A stretch of 64,000 nt of DNA, taken from a virus (lineage: Duplodnaviria > Caudoviricetes). The translations under genes and the position numbers were made by a program. The DNA lies in IMG/VR virus record IMGVR_UViG_3300011862_000001, positions 172,910 through 236,909 of that record; one strand, 5' to 3'. Below the pieces are notes generated by a model. The model was not told the DNA's origin. It did no database searches and was given only the letters and a program-made list of their open reading frames with translations. Numbering within the stretch: position 1 is the first letter of the stretch; every line of letters starts with the position of its first letter. Positions 57,466 through 64,000 of this stretch are shown piece after piece.

Positions 57466-58203
57466 ATGTTAACTGTCGAAGTCGCCGAATTACGCCAATA
57501 TAACCAGACGTTCTTTCGCGGACTATTCGACCGGTTGTGGCCTGGCTTCCTCGCTCTGCATCAGGGCGAGGGGCTAGACAACCCACATATCGTCAACGTG
57601 TTTTATATCGATAGTCTCACGTTATTCCTGGAGACGTTTTCCCTGGGCGTTGATGAAATGGTACAGGCCGCTAACCTGCGTCGACCAATGGATTTAGATT
57701 ACGTGTCGTTTGACTATAACGACTACCTGGACACCTATCAATTCGAAGACCCCGAAATTTCTCTCGCTAACTGGGAGAGAGTCGAGGGTCTGATGTTTGA
57801 TTTTTTTCACTACGTCATTGAGAAGCTTATCACCCCGGAGTTTATGTTTGTATTGGGGCGTAACTTACAAGGCGTGTGGGACCAGGTCACCCCGATTATC
57901 GGGCGCTTTAATATCATCGGCTTGTGGTACGAGCCTTACATGGGTGTGAACAATATGTGGGGCAACGGCGATAAACTGTTTGCCGTCCAGACTGGGGATT
58001 ACCAGGTACTGCACACCGGGGTGTGGGAAGGTTACCACAGCCAAAGTCCATTTTACAAATTGTCCATCGACGAGGGTTGGGAGTTTTATCTCTACAATGG
58101 GTCACTGGTGTACGCCGCCTACGGCAACAAGTTGATTCCGCGTGGGGAAGTCGTCACCCTCTGTCGTCTGCATGAACACATCATCGATAAACTTGACCAT
58201 TAA
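57466..58203 (+). CDS. Hypothetical protein
   Basis: AAGGAG RBS; preceded by AGATATTATCCAGGTG. Confidence 0.75.
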   Translation: MLTVEVAELRQYNQTFFRGLFDRLWPGFLALHQGEGLDNPHIVNVFYIDSLTLFLETFSLGVDEMVQAANLRRPMDLDYVSFDYNDYLDTYQFEDPEISLANWERVEGLMFDFFHYVIEKLITPEFMFVLGRNLQGVWDQVTPIIGRFNIIGLWYEPYMGVNNMWGNGDKLFAVQTGDYQVLHTGVWEGYHSQSPFYKLSIDEGWEFYLYNGSLVYAAYGNKLIPRGEVVTLCRLHEHIIDKLDH

Positions 58204-58212
58204 GGAGTATCT

Positions 58213-58584
58213 ATGAACATTTTAGAAACTGTAGGTAAATACGTATCCGATGCCAATACGCCGGGCTTAACATTGGTTGTCGTTCCCCGCGGCTTCGATT
58301 TGCAATCGTCGAAGACCAGTCCTAGTCCCGATATCTATCAACTGGATAACGATAGCATTACCGATCGTGACAAGTTGCGTCAAATCCGGGCAGAAGCTGT
58401 GGCAATTAACCAGATGCGTGTGCTGTTCGTGGTGGATATCGATCCAGAATTCACCAAGTTGGCAATGGAAGCGGATATCGTGCTATCGGTGAACTTTGGC
58501 CCGGCACAGGGTTCCGTGAAAGTTCACAAATATCGCATGAGAATGGATAATCCGAAGGACACCTATTTCATCTACGAGGCGTAA
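58213..58584 (+). CDS. Hypothetical protein
   Basis: TAAGGAG RBS. Confidence 0.7.
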   Translation: MNILETVGKYVSDANTPGLTLVVVPRGFDLQSSKTSPSPDIYQLDNDSITDRDKLRQIRAEAVAINQMRVLFVVDIDPEFTKLAMEADIVLSVNFGPAQGSVKVHKYRMRMDNPKDTYFIYEA

Positions 58585-58586
58585 TC

Positions 58587-59423
58587 ATGAGACGTGCACG
58601 ATTGCATTTACTGTCAGGGCTGCACGACCACCTCCATTGCATGGCAGGCCCGAAATACCATAACGCGGCGCAAGTCGCGTATTTGGTTATGGCACGGGAG
58701 ATAGCCAAACTGTATCTCCCGGATGCACACGCTGAAATCTATCATCAGTTGACAGCAAGGCTGTGGGATATTGAGCAATCCGCGAAGGGTCATGCGCGTA
58801 TGGCCCCGCTGGAGTACCGCGACGCCTGGTTGTGTCAAGAGCTGTATGACACCGGCTGTATGACCGACTGTGAGAAAGCGGTGGAGTTGGTGGGACGGGT
58901 GTGTGGTATGTACGATTGGGCCAAACGTTGGCGTTATCGCAAAGACCTGGATTCGAACCTGGATGTGAATGTCGGGATGTTGGGCACGCTGTATGATGTG
59001 GCCAACTTTTTCGATGCGTACATCACCTTTGCTCGCGATGAAGACCTGTTGAACTTCACCATGTGGTTCGGCGGGGACATGGGAGACGATGACGAGAAGT
59101 TCTACGTACGCTTCTATCACGATATCGGTGAAGACGAAGAGTACGAAGCGCTGCTCAAAGAGTTCCCCGCCAACGGACTGCCGCACAAGTACATGTGGCG
59201 TCACGACCATTCGCCTTGCACGCCTATCACCGGTCAGACCCGTTACAAGAACATCTCGATACTCGATTTGGACGCGTACGGGAAACACTGTATTGCTAAA
59301 CTCTCCAGAGGGGACGAGTCATGCGTTGTGTTTACAGCCACGCACTCATGCGATTACAAGTCGGTTACGGCCGCATCCAAGACAATGGCGGACTGGGGCC
59401 AATCGGGGGATGGGAATACCTGA
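58587..59423 (+). CDS. Hypothetical protein
   Basis: GAGG RBS, 278 aa. Confidence 0.7.
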   Translation: MRRARLHLLSGLHDHLHCMAGPKYHNAAQVAYLVMAREIAKLYLPDAHAEIYHQLTARLWDIEQSAKGHARMAPLEYRDAWLCQELYDTGCMTDCEKAVELVGRVCGMYDWAKRWRYRKDLDSNLDVNVGMLGTLYDVANFFDAYITFARDEDLLNFTMWFGGDMGDDDEKFYVRFYHDIGEDEEYEALLKEFPANGLPHKYMWRHDHSPCTPITGQTRYKNISILDLDAYGKHCIAKLSRGDESCVVFTATHSCDYKSVTAASKTMADWGQSGDGNT

Positions 59424-59785
59424 TGCTTTCCACGTACGTGATGGAATGTGCCCGTCGAGGGTTTGTTTTACCTGCCGAGAAACAGCATTTTGAGATGATT
59501 GGCATGTTGCGCCAGCGTTATCAAAATATGTTCTCCGCCCGGGAAGACGCCTTTTTACGTATCCACGCCATCGTACGAAAACACCTCGCCGAAGTGATTT
59601 ACGAATTGCGAATAGAGTTGCGTAATATTCTCGGTAACGAAAATTTGACACAGAGCAACCTCTATTACACCCCGGCGGATTTGGTGCAGTGTCGTTATAT
59701 GCTCCGGTCTGAGACAGATATCGCCTTAGACACAATTACCTTAAGGAATGCCGATGCAATTAATTCTCGATTTCTCGCTCTCTGA
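59423..59785 (+). CDS. Hypothetical protein
   Basis: TGATG coupling, start MLSTYV. Confidence 0.6.
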   Translation: MLSTYVMECARRGFVLPAEKQHFEMIGMLRQRYQNMFSAREDAFLRIHAIVRKHLAEVIYELRIELRNILGNENLTQSNLYYTPADLVQCRYMLRSETDIALDTITLRNADAINSRFLAL

Positions 59786-60302
59786 GTCGCGCAAAGCGTT
59801 AGACCGTCTACTGGGCGATATGAAAAAGGAGCTGGTCTTTGAAATTCATCAGGCGGTCAGTCTGTACGAAAACAGCAAAGCCAGTGAAACCGGTAAGCAA
59901 TACTACGTCGTCGAAGCCGAGAAGGTGGTGGATTCGGCAATGGAGCACATTACCGGTAGGCTAAAGCGTCTGCTCTCAATGCCACACATCGTACCGTTTG
60001 TCGGGGTGGAAACCGGACAAGAGATTGTCGCGTTGATTAACCACGGCTTTGACCATGCCGCCAAAGCGCTCGAAGATATCCCGACCATCGACCTTAACGA
60101 AATCTACGTGGCGGTACCGCGTGATGAGAAACAGGTGGATACGACGTGGTTGGAACTCGTCTCTCTGGCGGATATCTTTGAAACCGAATCGCTGATAGCC
60201 ATGGAAAATGTCGTCAGGCGGGCCAAAGACAAAGCGGTGCAAATCTGCCAGAACGAATTGGCGTTTGCTATCGAACAACTTCGCAGGGTCAACTTAGAAT
60301 GA
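59754..60302 (+). CDS. Hypothetical helical protein
   Basis: AAGGA RBS before MQLILD. Confidence 0.65.
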   Translation: MQLILDFSLSESRKALDRLLGDMKKELVFEIHQAVSLYENSKASETGKQYYVVEAEKVVDSAMEHITGRLKRLLSMPHIVPFVGVETGQEIVALINHGFDHAAKALEDIPTIDLNEIYVAVPRDEKQVDTTWLELVSLADIFETESLIAMENVVRRAKDKAVQICQNELAFAIEQLRRVNLE

Positions 60303-60820
60303 AAATTGCTATCAATCTCACACCCGAAGGGAGTGAGGGTTTGTGGAAACAACTGCTGGGGGAACTGTACACGCAGTATACCCCGGTCGTTGAGAAGTTG
60401 CTCCCGACCGAAAGCCCACAGGCGGGGCAGGCTAAGGTTGTCCTGTTACAGATGATTGACCCGCTGTATGCGCCGTTGGTTGATTTGTCGAAGGTGTTGT
60501 TGGTGTTTGTTTTTGACGAGACGGATAACCAAGCCGGGGTAATTGAAACGACGGTAGAACAATTCACGCTGGATAACCGGGTACAGGACACGCTGGCAGC
60601 CCTTCGTCAGCGAATTCTCAGTAGTCGTGTGGAATACGAGGGTGAGATGTTAGAGAGCTACGACGTGGAAGCACGCGAAGCATTCTACAAACATGTCGAA
60701 GGTCGATTGATGGAGTTGATACAGACGCTCTACGATGTCGCGTTTGGCGATGTTGATGAAATCACTTTCCGCTTCTCGAAGAGGAAAGTCGATGAAAATA
60801 GTCTTCCACCTGTCGAGTGA
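60299..60820 (+). CDS. Hypothetical helical protein
   Basis: ATGA coupling. Confidence 0.65.
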   Translation: MKIAINLTPEGSEGLWKQLLGELYTQYTPVVEKLLPTESPQAGQAKVVLLQMIDPLYAPLVDLSKVLLVFVFDETDNQAGVIETTVEQFTLDNRVQDTLAALRQRILSSRVEYEGEMLESYDVEAREAFYKHVEGRLMELIQTLYDVAFGDVDEITFRFSKRKVDENSLPPVE

Positions 60821-61325
60821 CGAGTTTCGTCAGATTTTTCTCGAGGCGGAACGGGCGATAAGCGATCAGCTGTGCGGAGCGATACTGATGTCTCTGCCAC
60901 AAGAGCACTTCCGTTATGCTAAGTTTATTACCAAGATAGAGATGGGGAACGTGCGGGCACAGCTTAGGGATATTGCTGACAGCATTGCGCACATCGAGTT
61001 CACGAGCGAGGATGCGGCAAGGTTTATAGCAGACCCTGACAAACTCCCGGCGCGAGATTTGGAAGAATGGAATAATCTCATTCTCTCGCGTGGTAAAGAT
61101 CTTATCGCGCTATTCGACGATGAGTTATCGCAAGAAGAACTCGTTGCTGAAACGCGAGAGAAGACCGACGCCCTCAGACTGGCCTACGCAGCGATAGATC
61201 GTGATGAGTTACGTACGCACTACGTGAACATCATGGCGAGAAGTTTTTGCCTTATCGCTAAAGAGGTCTATGTCTCCATCTGCCAATGCGCGTCGAGCTA
61301 TGTAATGCGGTTCGACAAAAAATAG
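60792..61325 (+). CDS. Hypothetical helical protein
   Basis: GAGGA RBS before MKIVFHL. Confidence 0.65.
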   Translation: MKIVFHLSSDEFRQIFLEAERAISDQLCGAILMSLPQEHFRYAKFITKIEMGNVRAQLRDIADSIAHIEFTSEDAARFIADPDKLPARDLEEWNNLILSRGKDLIALFDDELSQEELVAETREKTDALRLAYAAIDRDELRTHYVNIMARSFCLIAKEVYVSICQCASSYVMRFDKK

Positions 61326-61364
61326 ATAAAGACTACCACCTTAATGGGTGGTAGTTCTTTTTTT
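61317..61364. terminator. Bidirectional terminator
   Basis: A run, ACTACCACC-TTAATG-GGTGGTAGT, T run. Confidence 0.8.
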
Positions 61365-61365
61365 G

Positions 61366-62118
61366 TTATTTGCCGGACAGTTGTTTTAACTGGTTGGCCG
61401 TGTTCTGCATCGCATGAACGAGTTCGTTGATTTGTTTCATGAACAAACCAAACAGCTCGACCCAATCGGACGCCGTATCAACCATCTTGATGATTTCATT
61501 GGCAACGGTTGGGTGGATAGTCGTTTCGGCTATCTCGTCAACACTGAGCTTAATGGTATCAATCTCACGGTCGATATTTTTTTGCATCTTTTTGGTGATT
61601 TCAACTTGCAACGCACGCGCGCGCGTCAGTACCACTTCGATATCGGCCGCATTGTGATACACCTTCTCAAGCGGGCGGGTATCGACAGTCGTGGTGTTAT
61701 AGGACGCCGCGAGTTTCTTCACCAAATCCTGCGGGTCGACGCTTTTCAGCGGATAGCGGAAGTCTTTATAGCGAAACGTCCCCGGCACAGACAGCATGGC
61801 CTTTTGGTGCGTAAACGCGGCCAGTTGCACACTGACCGGTTTTAATACCCCGTCAGTCAGACTTTGCAATACCGACCACACGGATTCCAGACGCTGAACG
61901 TGATCAATCATGTACACGTTGAGTCCTGGCGGTACCGGCACCAACATGCCTTTGAAGTTCATAAACTTTTCTTTACGCATCCACTTGACCACTTCGCTGG
62001 TCTCTGTTGATGCGGAAGCTATCTCATCAACCAGGCGATTATCAAGTACCGAAGTTGGTAGGATGGTCGCGACTTTCGAGGCAAAAGACGAAAGTGCGGC
62101 GAGTGGGTTCAAATTCAT
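61366..62118 (-). CDS. Probable virion structural protein
   Basis: GAGG RBS; minus-strand TATG at 62150-62153; divergent from the UvsX unit. Confidence 0.6.
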   Translation of the reverse strand: MNLNPLAALSSFASKVATILPTSVLDNRLVDEIASASTETSEVVKWMRKEKFMNFKGMLVPVPPGLNVYMIDHVQRLESVWSVLQSLTDGVLKPVSVQLAAFTHQKAMLSVPGTFRYKDFRYPLKSVDPQDLVKKLAASYNTTTVDTRPLEKVYHNAADIEVVLTRARALQVEITKKMQKNIDREIDTIKLSVDEIAETTIHPTVANEIIKMVDTASDWVELFGLFMKQINELVHAMQNTANQLKQLSGK

Positions 62119-62160
62119 TTTCTACCTCGATGGGAATAAAGGATGGCTACATACTAAGTC

Positions 62161-62187
62161 TTTTTACGGCACTACCCTGTGTTATGT
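62161..62187 (+). promoter_or_regulatory. Candidate middle-type promoter
   Basis: TTTTTACGGCACTACCCTGTGTTATGT. Confidence 0.55.
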
Positions 62188-62212
62188 AGACGTCCAACTG
62201 AGGTAATTAACA

Positions 62213-62491
62213 ATGCTGCTTAAAATGTTTACCCGCTCTCTTAGCGGGAAAGTTGAACCCGAGATTTACACCACGCCATTAAAGACCGACCCGACTACCA
62301 ACGCTCAGTTAGTCATCGGTACGATTAAAGCCATCGAAACCTTAGCCGATGGCCGTCGTGAAGTCACGATTGAAATCGACGATCGTAACAAAAATCGTTT
62401 CCGTGGCTTGGAAGGCGACCAATGGGTCGAAAACCATTTCGAAGTCTGGCACGGCCGTCGTCTTCTGTTCCCTCTTAAAAAACGTTCATAA
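62213..62491 (+). CDS. Hypothetical protein (92 aa)
   Basis: GAGG RBS. Confidence 0.65.
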   Translation: MLLKMFTRSLSGKVEPEIYTTPLKTDPTTNAQLVIGTIKAIETLADGRREVTIEIDDRNKNRFRGLEGDQWVENHFEVWHGRRLLFPLKKRS

Positions 62492-62503
62492 TCGGAGCGC
62501 CCA

Positions 62504-63985
62504 ATGGCAGGTCCAGCTAAACAAGTCATGGGTGAAGTGATTCGCCCACGTTTTAACGTTTACACCATCATGGATCACGCACTCGGTAACTACGAGCGTG
62601 GTGAAGATGGTTTATACTACCTTAACGGTGGTTTCGCCCACATCATGGGCTTTGCAGGTCGCGGCAACACCTTTAAGTCCACCTTAATGGACTTCTGCAT
62701 TTTTATGATTCTGCAACGTTACAATGCGGCTTGGGGGTCGAAGTATGACACCGAAGTAACGGCGGCATTGAACCGACTCGAAACTGGATTTATCTCCGCA
62801 GCCAAAGCCAACGGGTTGGAAGCCGGTAGTGTGCTGGATCTGATTGATCAAGGACGCTACAACATGGTGGGCTCCGATATCATGCCGGGCGAAGAGTATT
62901 ACTCCTCGTATATCCGCGATGAAGTCGAAGGTCGCTTCAAAGAGTACATGAAAGGCAAGACCCGTGAAACGCCGTTCCGTGATCCGGTGCGACGTGCCAA
63001 TAAAGGCTTGCTTGACCCGTGGCTGTACTCCATCGACTCCCTGTCTGAGTGGCACACCTCTTCCCTGGAAGACAAGCACGCGAAGTCAGAAGTCGGTGAT
63101 TCTGAACAGAACATCCTGAACGCCCATGACGCCCTTCAGAAATCGAACATGATGAGCCGTTGGCCTGCGGCCTTTGCTCGCGGTGGTTTCTACATGGGCT
63201 TTGTGGCACAGCTGGCAGACGATGCCGGTAAAGCCATGAGTGGCGGTCGCGGTGGCCCGAAAGCCAACGCCAAGCTGCTTGATGATGCAGGCGATGATTT
63301 GAAATTCGCCGGTATCCCGCGTCGTCAGTTGTCCTTCTTAACCAACTCCCTGCTGGTTGCGACCAGTTCCGGTGAGCTCAAAGAAGACGGCACCTACAAC
63401 GCCAAGACGGGTGTCAGCGAAGAGAAATATCCGACGGCCCGTTCGAAAGCCATGAACGCGTCAGTCAACGATTTGAAGAAAATCGTCTTCACCCAGTACC
63501 GTGCGAAAGGCGGTCACACGGGTGTGAAATTCACCATGGTGTTCTCGCAAGAGATGGGTCTGCTCTATCACCTGTCGTTGTGGTATTACCTGAGTGAAGT
63601 GCTGAAAACGGAATGGGGTTATACCCGTACCGGTGCCAACTATGAACTGCATCTCCTGCCGGGGCAGAAGTTCATGCGTACCACTATCCGTGATCTGTGC
63701 GACGATACCCCGCGTCTGCGCCGTGTGCTGGAAATCACAGCGGGCTTGGCGTACATGCAAAACAACTATCACCGTCTGGAAATGAAGTACCATATCACCC
63801 CGCAGGAACTCTATGAGAAGATTGCGGAGAAGTGGGACTGGAACGAAATTCTGGATAACACGGTTGAGCATTGGATGTTCAAAGACCAGGAAGTCAAAGG
63901 TGGCAAGCGTTGCTTAACGGTAATGTCTCTGCTGGCGATGGCAGTCGATGGTCTGGAACCGAAGTTCTTAACCAAGAAAAAATAA
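62504..63985 (+). CDS. uvsX: UvsX/RecA-like recombinase, jumbo-phage type
   Basis: Walker A GRGNTFKST, YDTE catalytic Glu, Walker B YSIDSL. Confidence 0.8.
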   Translation: MAGPAKQVMGEVIRPRFNVYTIMDHALGNYERGEDGLYYLNGGFAHIMGFAGRGNTFKSTLMDFCIFMILQRYNAAWGSKYDTEVTAALNRLETGFISAAKANGLEAGSVLDLIDQGRYNMVGSDIMPGEEYYSSYIRDEVEGRFKEYMKGKTRETPFRDPVRRANKGLLDPWLYSIDSLSEWHTSSLEDKHAKSEVGDSEQNILNAHDALQKSNMMSRWPAAFARGGFYMGFVAQLADDAGKAMSGGRGGPKANAKLLDDAGDDLKFAGIPRRQLSFLTNSLLVATSSGELKEDGTYNAKTGVSEEKYPTARSKAMNASVNDLKKIVFTQYRAKGGHTGVKFTMVFSQEMGLLYHLSLWYYLSEVLKTEWGYTRTGANYELHLLPGQKFMRTTIRDLCDDTPRLRRVLEITAGLAYMQNNYHRLEMKYHITPQELYEKIAEKWDWNEILDNTVEHWMFKDQEVKGGKRCLTVMSLLAMAVDGLEPKFLTKKK

Positions 63986-64000
63986 TCGACGGCGGCGGGG

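Noticed and set aside
58614-59288. 224-aa minus-strand ORF
   Set aside because: It lies fully antisense to a coupled + strand gene within a + strand operon and has no recognisable motifs.
1-64000. tRNA, rRNA, integrase, transposase, intron or intein
   Set aside because: None was recognised by eye; tRNAscan-SE and Infernal would be needed to exclude them formally.

Overview
This window is part of a jumbo myovirus genome; gene content and order point to the phiKZ-related group (inference, probably an enterobacterial host). 1-14.8 kb: a + strand array of paralogous virion/tail-appendage proteins, including a duplicated two-gene cassette carrying T-even gp38-like glycine-rich adhesin segments. 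14.9-35.4 kb (- strand): three giant paralogous tail-fibre genes, a coiled-coil fibre protein, a terminator-bounded 8-gene unit, a GH108 lysozyme and a DUF1353 protein. The 8-gene unit holds three Cys-repeat (CxxxC/CxxC) proteins with a shared leader, two radical SAM enzymes (one with SPASM-type Cys clusters), two accessory proteins and a DUF4376-like tail-assembly protein. 35.5-37.9 kb: a structural protein and an HxH-tipped baseplate spike. 38-64 kb: early/middle accessory genes and DNA metabolism genes (SbcC-like ATPase, DEDDh exonuclease, RNase H, UvsX), plus a GNAT, a DarG-like macrodomain, a secreted lytic transglycosylase, a spanin-like pair and a small protein resembling the EF-Tu N-terminus. 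The strongest candidate for an undescribed system is the radical SAM/Cys-repeat operon inside the tail module, which may post-translationally cross-link a virion fibre component. All family assignments come from motif recognition by eye; no database searches were run.
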